The notes under the pieces: generated by a model
What the model was told of the DNA's origin: nothing
What the model saw: the letters and a program-made list of their open reading frames with translations, nothing else
Databases searched by the model: none
In this document: piece after piece, positions 19,302-29,753 of the stretch
Numbering within the stretch: position 1 is the stretch's first letter
How the letters are laid out: each line of letters starts with the position of its first letter
Virus record (IMG/VR): IMGVR_UViG_3300024999_000044
Location: 64,001-128,000 of that record
DNA: 64,000 nt
Source of the DNA: a virus
Direction: 5' to 3' (one strand)
Translations under genes and position numbers: made by a program

Positions 19302-19611
19302 CTTAGACCTACACCAGGATATCTTAAGTATGTCTAAAGAATATGCTTCCGATATTTCTAACACAGGTTATCTTGAGCTTAATACAAGCCCCCCACTAGT
19401 AAAACCTATAGACGTGTACAAATATGCTGGTCTAGGTAAACCTCTTAATCGTAGGTATGCTGGTTCTAGGGCACCAATTTGGGGTACCCTAAGCCGGACA
19501 AAAAAGTACACATCACTCAAATCTCACACTTTGCGCAATATTCATGACCACTTAAATTTAGGCACTGTTCAGGACATACTGGGCCATATGAGACCCACAC
19601 GCAGAGTGTAG
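19285..19611 (+). CDS. small structural protein, function unknown
   Basis: 108-aa ORF overlapping the upstream stop by 17 nt (translational coupling). Confidence 0.4.
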   Translation: MSQQDNLDLHQDILSMSKEYASDISNTGYLELNTSPPLVKPIDVYKYAGLGKPLNRRYAGSRAPIWGTLSRTKKYTSLKSHTLRNIHDHLNLGTVQDILGHMRPTRRV

Positions 19612-19627
19612 TAAAAGGAGGTACGAA

Positions 19628-20239
19628 GTGCTATCTATAATAGAGGATCAACTAAGTGAAATCATAGAATCAAAGTTATCCTACCTTAAAAATACCCCCT
19701 CAGTTATACCTAAAATACTAAACATAAATCCCACCCGACTGGCGAGAATTTCCCAGTATGTGCAAAAAATGCCCTTAAAAGTTATACGGGGTTTCCCTAG
19801 GACTCCTAGTGATCTACCATGCATATGTATTCTTCTATCAAATGATGATGAAACCCAAGATGGACTAGGGAATATAGAAATGGATGAGGATACTGACGAT
19901 GAACTACTGGAGGTTCTATACTCATCCAGTTATAGAGCTGAAGTATGGTCAGACAATGGTGACTTAACTGTAGAATTATACCATTTATTAAAATGGGCAC
20001 TACTTTCTGGAAGAAAGGACCTAATAAAACAGGGACTTTTTAACCAAAAGCTCGGAGGTACAGATTTTGAACCTGCCCCTGAATACTTCCCCATATTTGT
20101 GTACAGAAGAGCATTAACATTTTGGTGTCAGACTGTGGAATCTGTGCTACTAGTATCTTCTGGAGATCCCGTTACTGGAGTTGTTATTACCGATCACTAT
20201 ATATCTGAGCAAGTTGTAATTGATACTGAGGAGGAATAA
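19628..20239 (+). CDS. structural protein (possible tail terminator/completion by position)
   Basis: 203 aa, GTG start after aaaggaggtacgaa. Confidence 0.4.
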   Translation: MLSIIEDQLSEIIESKLSYLKNTPSVIPKILNINPTRLARISQYVQKMPLKVIRGFPRTPSDLPCICILLSNDDETQDGLGNIEMDEDTDDELLEVLYSSSYRAEVWSDNGDLTVELYHLLKWALLSGRKDLIKQGLFNQKLGGTDFEPAPEYFPIFVYRRALTFWCQTVESVLLVSSGDPVTGVVITDHYISEQVVIDTEEE

Positions 20240-20243
20240 GTAA

Positions 20244-20435
20244 GTGGCAGATAAGGATATAAAAGAAATTCCTATGACAGAATCTATCCCCCCGCGTATT
20301 AATATAAATGAGGCACTAATGACCTCCAATCTGTCTGATATGCAAAAGGCCGGTTTTAAAGCCTACATGGGTGTAGTGCAGTACATGCGCAGAAATGCGT
20401 GGGAGCAGAAGATAAAAGAATACCGAGACAAGTAG
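20244..20435 (+). CDS. small hypothetical protein
   Basis: 63-aa ORF between structural genes. Confidence 0.35.
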   Translation: MADKDIKEIPMTESIPPRININEALMTSNLSDMQKAGFKAYMGVVQYMRRNAWEQKIKEYRDK

Positions 20436-20462
20436 ATATAACACAGAAAGAGGTGTAATATA

Positions 20463-22163
20463 ATGCCTATCAATGACTACGGTGTAATATTTAATGGACG
20501 CAGGATAGTTCATCCCGGAGCATATGATGCTATAGATACTAGTAAGCTACCCATAACAACTTTAGGAAGTACCAACAGGCCAATATATCTGGGTGAATCA
20601 GATTCTGGAGCACCGGGTGTAGTAAAATGGTTCTCTTCAGCCCCTGATGCTAGAAAATACCTGAGGGGTGGGGAATTGTATGATATGTTAGATCTAGTGT
20701 TTTCCCCCTCACCAGAAGGTGGTGGTGGAGCTAGCCTTGTGGGAGTGCTGCCCACAAATGCTCTCCTAAAATCAAGTGCAATAGCTGGCGGTATGACCCT
20801 GAATTCTATTGAGTATGGTACCGGCGGTAACAGGATAACTGCTAGACTCGAAAATGGCACAATTACGGGAAGTAAGCTATTTACTATTTCCCGTTGGGAT
20901 CTAGGCATCACTGAGATATTTGATAATCTTGGGGCAATGATGTCAATACAGTATATGGGAACAGATGCCTATGCAGCAATTACTGTAGCTGTTGATGCTT
21001 CTTCTAAGAAAGCCATTTCCCTAGTTATTAAGAGCGGGCTAGACGCTGGATCTGCTACTGTAGATGTTACTGTTGACTTGACTGATTCTCAATATGCCAC
21101 CATTACTCAATTGGCTAAGTATTTGTCATCTATAGATGGATACAAAGTGGTATATTCCGACAACTCATTGCCTTCTAGCTCTTTAGATCCAGTTGTGGCA
21201 GCAGATATTAAAACATCCCCATATAACATTCTGGCTGTGTCCCAAGATATACCTAATCAGATCAACAAAGTCTCTTCCTTGATCAATATACCAGTAGTTG
21301 CTTCTGGTACTTCTATAGTTAATTTTGCTAACACTACTTTAACTGGGGGGGCAACAGGCTCTTCACCATCTAGCTGGTCCACCTATTTTGATTCCCTGTC
21401 TAAGGAGACCTCTGATATATTATGTGTTTTATCCTCCTCAAACACCATACACGCTGAAGCGGAATCTCATGTAGAGTACATGTCTACTATAGGGCAAAGG
21501 AGAATAGCATTTGTTGGCGGAGCCTTGGATGAGACAGTAGATGAAACTAAGCTAAGGGCATCATTCCTTAACAGTTCTAGGGTGGTCCTAGCATATCCAG
21601 GCATATACATCAAAGACCCCACCTCAGAAATTACAAAGTTGGTGCCATCTTATTTTACTGCTGCTATGCTAGCCGGACGTGCTTCCGGGGTAGACCCATC
21701 AGAGCCGTTAACCTTTGATTACTTTAATCTTATTGCTCTAGAAAAAGACTTAATGGCAGGGGACCCTGACATAGATGACCTTATAACTTCCGGGGTAGCA
21801 ACACTTGAAAAAGTGTATGGTGGGGGCATAAGATTAGCCCAATCCGTTACCACCGATCTTAAAATCGGATCTCCCTTCAGGGAGTTGTCACTCAGGCGTG
21901 GATCTGATGCCCTATCCGGTAAAGTTACTCAATCTTTAGAAGCTACTTTTGTAGGCCGTAAGGGTACACCAGTAAATGTAACCACTGTTGCCCTAGCTGC
22001 AAAAAGTATATTAACAGCAGCAGTAGCTAACGAAGAAATAGCAGCCTTTAGAAACATCGTGGTTACCTTCGCTGGGTCCATCATCAGAGTGGATTATGAT
22101 GTAGCCTATCTTGATCCCATAAACTTCATACTCATAACTTCACATTTCGTCACTGACATCTAA
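20463..22163 (+). CDS. tail sheath protein
   Basis: 566 aa; N-terminal 'RRIVHPGAYDAIDTS' sheath-like start; immediately followed by a 147-aa tube-size ORF. Confidence 0.65.
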   Translation: MPINDYGVIFNGRRIVHPGAYDAIDTSKLPITTLGSTNRPIYLGESDSGAPGVVKWFSSAPDARKYLRGGELYDMLDLVFSPSPEGGGGASLVGVLPTNALLKSSAIAGGMTLNSIEYGTGGNRITARLENGTITGSKLFTISRWDLGITEIFDNLGAMMSIQYMGTDAYAAITVAVDASSKKAISLVIKSGLDAGSATVDVTVDLTDSQYATITQLAKYLSSIDGYKVVYSDNSLPSSSLDPVVAADIKTSPYNILAVSQDIPNQINKVSSLINIPVVASGTSIVNFANTTLTGGATGSSPSSWSTYFDSLSKETSDILCVLSSSNTIHAEAESHVEYMSTIGQRRIAFVGGALDETVDETKLRASFLNSSRVVLAYPGIYIKDPTSEITKLVPSYFTAAMLAGRASGVDPSEPLTFDYFNLIALEKDLMAGDPDIDDLITSGVATLEKVYGGGIRLAQSVTTDLKIGSPFRELSLRRGSDALSGKVTQSLEATFVGRKGTPVNVTTVALAAKSILTAAVANEEIAAFRNIVVTFAGSIIRVDYDVAYLDPINFILITSHFVTDI

Positions 22164-22185
22164 AATTAATGGGAGGTGATCACAA

Positions 22186-22629
22186 ATGACAATGGAATCT
22201 AAGCAAACAGTCCACTCAGGCCACTCCATACAAATACAAATTGGTACAGTAGTGGTGGGTAAAGCACAAGGGTTAGAGGGAGAGCGTTCCTTTGGCACAG
22301 AAGGGGTATACGAAATTGGTAGCATAATGCCAGTGGAGCATGTTAACAACAGATATGAGGGCTCTCTTACTTTAGAGAGATTCTTTGTTCGTACGTCTAG
22401 TGTTTCAAAGGGTGACCTAGCTAAAGCCGGGTTTGCCTCCTTAGGGGAGGAAGTATTAAAAAAGGATGTTATAACTATCGCGGTTTATGATAAGACTGTT
22501 GACCCCCCTACCCTCATCCGTTCTTATGAGGGCTGCACTATTGTAAATTACCGTGAGACTTTCCGTGTAAATGCCATCGCTGGAGAAAACGCCACTTTCA
22601 CCTACCTCAAGGCTAGCAACAAGATCTAA
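22186..22629 (+). CDS. tail tube protein
   Basis: 147 aa directly after the sheath gene; strong terminator downstream. Confidence 0.6.
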   Translation: MTMESKQTVHSGHSIQIQIGTVVVGKAQGLEGERSFGTEGVYEIGSIMPVEHVNNRYEGSLTLERFFVRTSSVSKGDLAKAGFASLGEEVLKKDVITIAVYDKTVDPPTLIRSYEGCTIVNYRETFRVNAIAGENATFTYLKASNKI

Positions 22630-22651
22630 GATAACTAGATACAAGTCACGA

Positions 22652-22697
22652 GAGACACAAGTATTTTAAAACATACCTGTGTCTCCATTTTATTTAA
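22652..22697 (+). terminator. Rho-independent terminator after the tube gene
   Basis: gagacaca...tgtgtctc stem followed by cattttattt. Confidence 0.6.
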
Positions 22698-22724
22698 TGA
22701 CCATTAATAAGAGGGGGAATATCG

Positions 22725-23144
22725 ATGACAGTAGTTCAACCAGATGTCTTAAGGACTTTACGTTCCAACACCCTACAAAAAGTGAACCAGGGTAAGGGAC
22801 GCACACATTCTATAAATGTTGATTACAGTGATATAAATGAAAGATTTGTAGGTAGATTCGTAGTACACCATCCCTCACAAATGGAAGTACTCCAGATAGG
22901 AACTCTAAAATCAGCTTTGCTGGGCGGTAATTTGAGTGTGGATGTACTAACAGACAATATAGCTACTGTTATATCTACCTTAGACGTAGTGCTAAGTGAG
23001 TTTCCAGAGTGGTTTGATGTGTTTGACCCAGATGTGGAGTACGAAATCATGGAAGATGTCTTCCTGCAGTATTTGTCCTGGAGGGATTCTTTTCGTAGAA
23101 GACCTACAGACAGCGAACCTCCAGGAAATAGCGAAAACAAATGA
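22725..23144 (+). CDS. tail assembly chaperone (short form)
   Basis: 139 aa, immediately upstream of the tape measure; overlaps an out-of-frame ORF, as in G/GT-type chaperone pairs. Confidence 0.55.
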   Translation: MTVVQPDVLRTLRSNTLQKVNQGKGRTHSINVDYSDINERFVGRFVVHHPSQMEVLQIGTLKSALLGGNLSVDVLTDNIATVISTLDVVLSEFPEWFDVFDPDVEYEIMEDVFLQYLSWRDSFRRRPTDSEPPGNSENK

Positions 23145-23466
23145 TGCTAGATTTCAATGGTGGGTACAGAAGACTTTTAAGGTTCTTCCCACAGATACTA
23201 AATACATGGATTTAACTAACGAACAACTGGACTTAATGTTCATTCACTATCTCATAGACACGGATAGATTAGATGCCGAGGATACAACCCCGTCACAGGA
23301 CTCCGAGTCATACCACGATCCAGATTTTATGGATGAATGGAACGAGATGTCCTCAGAAGGTTGTAAGGAAATGGATGCAAATTCTGTACCTCAAATCTTT
23401 GACGAGAGTGAAGAGGTGTTAATCCCAGAGAAATGCAGGGGTATCTCAGATTGGGAGGAGGTATAG
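22725..23466 (+). CDS. predicted +1 frameshift fusion product of the tail assembly chaperone (long form)
   Basis: ORF 22996-23466 is in the +1 frame relative to 22725-23144; a shift at aaa_tga_t (23139-23145) joins ...NSENK to DARFQWWVQKTF... Confidence 0.4.
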
Positions 23467-23470
23467 TACA

Positions 23471-26011
23471 ATGGCAACACCACCAAAAAAGGCAAAAACC
23501 CAATATCAAGTTGATGTTATGGTTGAAACTGCTCAAGCCAAAGATAAACTCAGAGAACTAGAGACCTTATTAAGGTCTGTTAAGAGATTAGCCTCACAGG
23601 CAGAACATGTTCAAAAAGGCTTTATGTCTTCAAAACAGATGAAGTATGCTAGTGGCCTTAAGTCCCAGTCTGAGAGTGCTATGTCTTACCTCCAGTCTAA
23701 AAAGTCTGGATTGGATGCAGTTGTCTCCAAGGCTCAAACAGCCTATATGGATTACACTGGAACAGATACTAAAAAGGAAAACAAATTAAAATACGCATAC
23801 ACTCAGGCTAAGGCTAGAAGTGACAACCTCAACAACCTTCTACAACAAGCTAGAGCATCTCAGACTATGGCCAGCCAATATCATAGTCAGATAGGAGAAA
23901 TGAGGGAATCTGATCTTTTAGCTAAAGGGGACAAGGCGTTAAACCCCTTATCTCGTTTGTTGCCATTTGGGGGAATACATGGAGCAGGACAATACATAGA
24001 TTCCTCTGTAACTTCTCAACGTCAAAGGCAATCCCAAGCTGCTAGGTATGGGATGAAGATGGGATCTTACGGTAACAATTTTTCTGGTATAAATGGTGGT
24101 ACCCTTGAAGACTTACAAGATGTGGGTATAAAAAATGGATATACAAGTCAACAGACCCTAGACACTGCCAGCACATTACTGTCTCTCCAGGGCACCTCAG
24201 GCGATAAGAACAAAATTAACCAAGACATAACCTATGGACAACAATTTGGTAGAATACATGGGGTTGATCCTAACCTCATTGCTGGTGCTGGCGGCATACT
24301 CTCCCAAATAGGAGCTGTAAAAGAAGGGGATCAACGCAGGTTTGCTGACTTACTGGCAGGGTCCATAAAGAAAACTAATATGAGGGGGCGTGAGGAAGAA
24401 CTTATACGCTCTACTGTTGCCTTAGTCCAACAAGTAGGTAATTCTATGACACAGATGTCCACTGATCAGCTGGGTTCTGTAGTAGGTGCCCAAACTATAC
24501 TTGGTCAGGGTAATCCTACTCTGAAGGGGGAGAGGGGTGCATCATTACTCTCCAGCATGGATGCCGGCATAAAAAGCAGTGATAACCTTGGTAATCTGTT
24601 AATGGGACTTGGTACTAATAAAAGATGGCAGGGCATTTCTGGGTACCAAGACCTACAGATACAAAGACAAAAAGGTTTAGCTGATCCACAAAATCTAAAG
24701 GACATGCTATCAGGTGCTAGGAGGATACAGGGCGGGGCTTCACCTGGGGACACTTTAGCAAACCAAGAAATGGTTATAGCCCAGCAATTTGGTTGGACTG
24801 ACAAGATGGAGACTGTCCAGACATTAAACAGGAATGGTACTCTAGACAAAATAAGCAACATGAAGGGTAAAGAATACTCGGATGCCCTCGTGACCTATGG
24901 GTTATCGTCAGAGGAAGAAGCAAAAAAACTATATGATTCGTCCACATCTGGTAAGCAAGCTGTTGCTGATGCCTATAAAGAAGAAAGGGCAAATACTATG
25001 GGAACATGGGCGGGTAATATAGGTACCAATGTGATGACCCAATTTAATAGATTACCTGCCACTTTACAATTAGGTGGAATGTTTGCTGCTGGTATAGGAG
25101 GTGGCACAGCACTACGAAGTGCTAGTGGTAGCTTATTAAGAAATATTGGTGGAAATATACCACCAGGTCCAGGAGGCATAGGGGCTGGCCTGTCTAGATG
25201 GGCACGTACAGCCCCTACAGCAGGTTCCGGGATAGATATATTAAACAGCTCCAACTATAATGGTACGCCTCAACCCATTTCTGGAGCCAGAAACATAGCT
25301 AAAAACGTGCTAACTAAACTAGGTCCAGAAACAGGTGGATGGAAAAATATTCCTGAAACAATACTAGGCAACTCAAAGTCCCTCCTCTCCTCTGGTTCTA
25401 GTGGATTAAAGGCATTAGGTAAGACAGCTTTAAAACCTATACCCCTTGTTGGGACTACCGTGGGAGTGGGATTAGACATGGCTAGCGGTAATAGCTTTGG
25501 TAAATCCTTATTTAAGGGGGCGGGTAGTCTCATTGGAGGTGCCCTGGGTATGGGGGCTGCCGGACTAGCAGGAATTAGTACTGGTGGGGTCGGCTTATTA
25601 GCTTCTGGGGCCTTGGTAGGTGGGGGATCTATGGCTGGTGCTTTAGGAGCTGGTAAGCTGTGGGATAAACTGCATGGTAAAAAGACTCCAGACACTAGTT
25701 CTTACACTGGTAGTTCAATTGACACTTCTACTGCTGATGTTCAGACACTAAACGCCAGGACTATCAATATACAGTCTCAGGTTAAGGATATGAATTCTAG
25801 TGCCATCTCTTCTAAGAATTATAATGAAAAGGTTGGGTCTACTCCAACTCCCGATGCCACGATACAACACAGCATAAATATCTCAGGTAAAGTGGAAGGG
25901 ATGACTGTTGATAATCAGTCAAAAGTCTCCAATGGCATAGTTGACTATATATCTGGATTTAACTCCTCAAGAGGTGGATATGGTCTTTCAACAGTTAAAA
26001 CCTTGAGATAA
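23471..26011 (+). CDS. tail tape measure protein
   Basis: 846 aa; coiled-coil N-terminal region, Gly/Ala-rich hydrophobic segment 'GGALGMGAAGLAGISTGGVGLLASGALVGGGSMAGALGAG'; position after the chaperone pair. Confidence 0.7.
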   Translation: MATPPKKAKTQYQVDVMVETAQAKDKLRELETLLRSVKRLASQAEHVQKGFMSSKQMKYASGLKSQSESAMSYLQSKKSGLDAVVSKAQTAYMDYTGTDTKKENKLKYAYTQAKARSDNLNNLLQQARASQTMASQYHSQIGEMRESDLLAKGDKALNPLSRLLPFGGIHGAGQYIDSSVTSQRQRQSQAARYGMKMGSYGNNFSGINGGTLEDLQDVGIKNGYTSQQTLDTASTLLSLQGTSGDKNKINQDITYGQQFGRIHGVDPNLIAGAGGILSQIGAVKEGDQRRFADLLAGSIKKTNMRGREEELIRSTVALVQQVGNSMTQMSTDQLGSVVGAQTILGQGNPTLKGERGASLLSSMDAGIKSSDNLGNLLMGLGTNKRWQGISGYQDLQIQRQKGLADPQNLKDMLSGARRIQGGASPGDTLANQEMVIAQQFGWTDKMETVQTLNRNGTLDKISNMKGKEYSDALVTYGLSSEEEAKKLYDSSTSGKQAVADAYKEERANTMGTWAGNIGTNVMTQFNRLPATLQLGGMFAAGIGGGTALRSASGSLLRNIGGNIPPGPGGIGAGLSRWARTAPTAGSGIDILNSSNYNGTPQPISGARNIAKNVLTKLGPETGGWKNIPETILGNSKSLLSSGSSGLKALGKTALKPIPLVGTTVGVGLDMASGNSFGKSLFKGAGSLIGGALGMGAAGLAGISTGGVGLLASGALVGGGSMAGALGAGKLWDKLHGKKTPDTSSYTGSSIDTSTADVQTLNARTINIQSQVKDMNSSAISSKNYNEKVGSTPTPDATIQHSINISGKVEGMTVDNQSKVSNGIVDYISGFNSSRGGYGLSTVKTLR

Positions 26012-26032
26012 AAGTTAAGGGGTGAGCAGTGA

Positions 26033-28117
26033 GTGCAGGCTAAGAGGTATAAACCACAATCTATAGTCACCATATACACAGATACGCAAAATCTTGTTCT
26101 TAGAACCACTACCGACCCCAGATCTTCTATTGACAATGACATTCTGAGCATTCACACAGAGCGGGATATGGGGGCGGATAGCCCCATTTTTTCTATACTT
26201 CTATCTAGAAAAAAACCTTGGCATTTGTGGGTGGAGTCTAATGACCTCGTAACCATAGAAATGTGGAGGCCTCCTGAGTCTAGAAAATTAGTGTTCATGG
26301 GATTAGTAGATGATGTGCGTAAGAAAGTGGTAATACAGGATAATAAGCCACAGAGGATAATAACTATAACAGGTAGGGGAGTTAGTAAAGCCTTTATACA
26401 GTTTCAGCTAGGTCAAATGCCTGAAGTGGAGGACCTGAGTTATCTTGGGTCATTATCACTCTCACTTGGGTCTACTCTATCTGGTTTATCTCCTAGTGAA
26501 CTTATAAACCTTGTTTGGGAAAAGATAGCTAAACCAAATGCTAACTATGAATTCTCTAATGGTAACTTATTTGACAAAATATCAAAAAACACCTCTAGTA
26601 TAGATGGAGTAACAATGATGAATGGGCTTGCCCTCTTAAACTGGCAGAAAAGTATGTGGGCATTTATGGTAGAGGTGTCCGATCCTCCATTTCATGAGCT
26701 ATTCTGGGAGATCGGGGTGGATGATAAGCCCACTTTGTATCTGAGGCCAACTCCTTTCAGTGAAGGTAGCTGGAAGTCTCTTGATTCTGTCACCGTCACT
26801 GATGAGGATGTGGTATTGGATGAGATAGGTAGAAGTGATGTGGAGACATACACGGTGTACTCAGTAGGTATGAAAATAGGCGGAACTTCTTCTAATCCAT
26901 TTAACACATTTGGATTAATGCCCATATGGTATGAGCCATATTCTAAAAAATATGGTACCCGGAGATTACATGTTGAGAGTTTATACGCGGCCTATCAGAC
27001 TGTGGAGGACAGACCTGGAGTTACCATTATAGTGAAGAAGTTCCAAGAAGATTTATTTAACTGGAATATAAAAAACAATTCCATGTTTAATGGTACTTTG
27101 TTAGTGAAAGGGGGCAACGGTTACAAGATTGGCACCAAACTGATCTATCAATCCATTGAGGATGGTACGGCCATTGAATACTATATAAAATCTGTGTCTC
27201 ATGATTTTATCAATTTTGGTTCTTGGTTGACAGTGATAGGACTCACTAGGGGTTGCCCAGCTAAGGATAGATTTACACCTCCTTATGGAAAAAGCACCCC
27301 ATTCAGTGGCGTACCTTGGATGGCAACTTTGAAAGATCCTGTGGTTGTAGATCCGGTTACTGGAGATAAAATTCCTACCACTACTGGGAGTGCTAGTAGT
27401 GTTGTGGAATATGCTAAAACCTTTATAGGTAGGGTGACCTACGTGTATGGAGGAAATAGTCCCGAAACTTTGACATGGGACTGCTCTTCCTTTATGCAAT
27501 ATGTGTTTAAACAGTCAGCTGGTATAAGCCTTGCAAGAGACACCTACGGACAGGCAAAGCAAGGTTATAAAGTCAGCAAGGCAGACCTTAAACCAGGAAA
27601 TCTGATATTTGCTGGTGAGAAAACAAATACTAGTGCTAAGTCTAATCCTTATCAGCATGTGGGCATGTACGTAGGTAACGACATGGTTTTAGACAACAAC
27701 TCAGGGGTGGGAGTTAGCATACACCGATTCACAGGTGGGTGGTTTGATAGCCACTTTACTGAGGCTAGGGATGTATTTGAATACACCCCAGGACAAAACA
27801 CAATGTTAATGATTGCCACCGCGTATATAGCAACAGGTAATCAAACTGCTAGTCAAACCTGGCCCATAGAAGGTAGAACTATAGCAGTGGATTTTAGTGT
27901 GATACCTAAAGGGTCAACTGTCAGAGTGGAGTGTTCAGAATACCCCAGTGTTAACGGAACATATATAGCAGAAGACACTGGGAAGCTAGATAGCTCCATA
28001 AATATGAAAGGGGCCAGAATTGACATATTCCTCGGTGACCCTAAGATACCTACTGCGGAAAATGAGTCCAGGGCATTGGATTTTGGTAGGAGACCAGTTA
28101 GAGTGTTTATCGTATAG
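26033..28117 (+). CDS. tail-associated lysin: N-terminal tail domain plus NlpC/P60 endopeptidase plus C-terminal 3D domain
   Basis: NlpC/P60 Cys 'TWDCSSFMQYVF' and His 'HVGMYVGNDMV'; 3D-like 'IAVDFSVIPKGSTVRVE...GTYIAEDTGKLD...ARIDIF'; follows the TMP. Confidence 0.65.
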   Translation: MQAKRYKPQSIVTIYTDTQNLVLRTTTDPRSSIDNDILSIHTERDMGADSPIFSILLSRKKPWHLWVESNDLVTIEMWRPPESRKLVFMGLVDDVRKKVVIQDNKPQRIITITGRGVSKAFIQFQLGQMPEVEDLSYLGSLSLSLGSTLSGLSPSELINLVWEKIAKPNANYEFSNGNLFDKISKNTSSIDGVTMMNGLALLNWQKSMWAFMVEVSDPPFHELFWEIGVDDKPTLYLRPTPFSEGSWKSLDSVTVTDEDVVLDEIGRSDVETYTVYSVGMKIGGTSSNPFNTFGLMPIWYEPYSKKYGTRRLHVESLYAAYQTVEDRPGVTIIVKKFQEDLFNWNIKNNSMFNGTLLVKGGNGYKIGTKLIYQSIEDGTAIEYYIKSVSHDFINFGSWLTVIGLTRGCPAKDRFTPPYGKSTPFSGVPWMATLKDPVVVDPVTGDKIPTTTGSASSVVEYAKTFIGRVTYVYGGNSPETLTWDCSSFMQYVFKQSAGISLARDTYGQAKQGYKVSKADLKPGNLIFAGEKTNTSAKSNPYQHVGMYVGNDMVLDNNSGVGVSIHRFTGGWFDSHFTEARDVFEYTPGQNTMLMIATAYIATGNQTASQTWPIEGRTIAVDFSVIPKGSTVRVECSEYPSVNGTYIAEDTGKLDSSINMKGARIDIFLGDPKIPTAENESRALDFGRRPVRVFIV

Positions 28118-28126
28118 GAGGTCAAT

Positions 28127-29176
28127 ATGGTAGAAGAACCTAAAATAGTAACTCAGCCTCATCTTGGCAGAGCTGAGGATTCCTATAAACCCGGTAGTAA
28201 AATGCAGGGGTATATGGCTATAGCCAAAATACTTAACGTCCACCATAAACATTGCACAGCAGATGTGCAGATAGTAAACACGAGTGATGTATTTAGTTGT
28301 CCCACCTCTCTAGAAGGCAAGTATTCCCCAAAAATACTATCCTCTAGTGGAGGATTTAGCGTAAAAACTATGACTTCATGGGGTACAACGGAACCTATAA
28401 TGGAAGGACAGTTAGTACTTTTAGCTTTTCTAGATGCAGCTAGAACTAAACCTATTATCCTGGGGGTTTTGCCAGATACTGAAGACTCTTTCAAGAATAT
28501 CCTTACTACCATTTATCCATTAAATCAGGATAACCCACAAGATAAGGCAGAGGCTCTCAAATATTTAAAAGTGTTTCCTTGTCAGTCCTACGATAAAGTG
28601 GACGGGGATGGAGGGGTAGAGCACTCTCACTCCTCTAAGACTTTTTTTAAGATGGGATATGATCCATATGATGTTATAACCGATAGTCACAACGGGTACG
28701 ATCACAAGGATTTGTCTGAGTTGGATCAACTCATAGGAAAGGTACGAGAGGGGAGGGACGAACCTAGCACCTTTCCCCTGAATATACTGTTTTGCCACAG
28801 GTCTAATTTTGATGATGCAGTTTCTACCTGTACCAAACTCTTTATTGGTAAGACAGGAATGCCACGCATAACCAGAGATAACAATGATGGTACCCTATCC
28901 TATCACGAGATATCTCCAGAAGGAAAGCTAATATCACGCAGGCAAATCGACTCTAACACCCATGGATTGGGAGCGGATTACTCAGAAAGTATAATAGACA
29001 TAGACGGTTCTATTTCAGTAATCAGACATACTTCTAAGGGAGACAGTAGCTACCTTATATCCTCATCCGGGGAAATCAGCATAAATCATAATACAGGTAG
29101 TTTCATAAGATTTGATGAGAATGGGGATATTATAATAAAGGCATCTGGAAGAGTTCACACAATTGATGGTGCTTAG
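28127..29176 (+). CDS. baseplate/tail hub-like structural protein
   Basis: 349-aa ORF in the baseplate gene block; no specific motif. Confidence 0.45.
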   Translation: MVEEPKIVTQPHLGRAEDSYKPGSKMQGYMAIAKILNVHHKHCTADVQIVNTSDVFSCPTSLEGKYSPKILSSSGGFSVKTMTSWGTTEPIMEGQLVLLAFLDAARTKPIILGVLPDTEDSFKNILTTIYPLNQDNPQDKAEALKYLKVFPCQSYDKVDGDGGVEHSHSSKTFFKMGYDPYDVITDSHNGYDHKDLSELDQLIGKVREGRDEPSTFPLNILFCHRSNFDDAVSTCTKLFIGKTGMPRITRDNNDGTLSYHEISPEGKLISRRQIDSNTHGLGADYSESIIDIDGSISVIRHTSKGDSSYLISSSGEISINHNTGSFIRFDENGDIIIKASGRVHTIDGA

Positions 29177-29193
29177 AATAGAGGTGAAGTGGA

Positions 29194-29751
29194 TTGTCTG
29201 ATGTAGTCAAATTTCATACTAATAATATGCAAAGTGATGGCATAAATAATCTTAAGCGTATAGAGTTTGGATTTATGGGAAAATTCTATAAATTTGCGCT
29301 GAATCCTGAGGAGTATGTTCAGGTAGAGAGTGCTAGAGTTACTGTTACCCAAACCAAAGGTGGTGCGTGGGTAGATGACTTTGGATCAGGTTTACCTTCT
29401 ATAACTATGAAAGGTACTACTGGATGGAAAGGTGCTAATAAAGACAGCACTGTACAATCTGGGTTTGCTAAATTCAAGCAGTTAAGAGACTTACTCAGGG
29501 AATATTATGATAAGTTGCCACCTGGGTCTGAAGTTACTCCGGATAAGGAGCTCATCTTTCAGAATTATACTGATGGCGAACACTGGATAGTTATACCGCA
29601 AGTATTTCAATTACTCAGATCCGCCTCAAGACCTTTAATTTACCAATATAATATACAGTTAATTTGCGTACGCCCTGCATTTATACCCTCTGATCAGAGT
29701 GTGAGTAACTGGGAGTTTATTGATACCCTTGAGTATGTACAATATGATTAG
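29194..29751 (+). CDS. baseplate structural protein
   Basis: 185-aa ORF, synteny only. Confidence 0.4.
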   Translation: MSDVVKFHTNNMQSDGINNLKRIEFGFMGKFYKFALNPEEYVQVESARVTVTQTKGGAWVDDFGSGLPSITMKGTTGWKGANKDSTVQSGFAKFKQLRDLLREYYDKLPPGSEVTPDKELIFQNYTDGEHWIVIPQVFQLLRSASRPLIYQYNIQLICVRPAFIPSDQSVSNWEFIDTLEYVQYD

Positions 29752-29753
29752 AG

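Noticed and set aside
25270-25695. 141-aa minus-strand ORF (and 24973-25254, 24505-24861) inside the tape measure gene
   Set aside because: Pro/Ala-rich antisense of the Gly/Ala-rich TMP segment. TMP coding frame is continuous and far longer.
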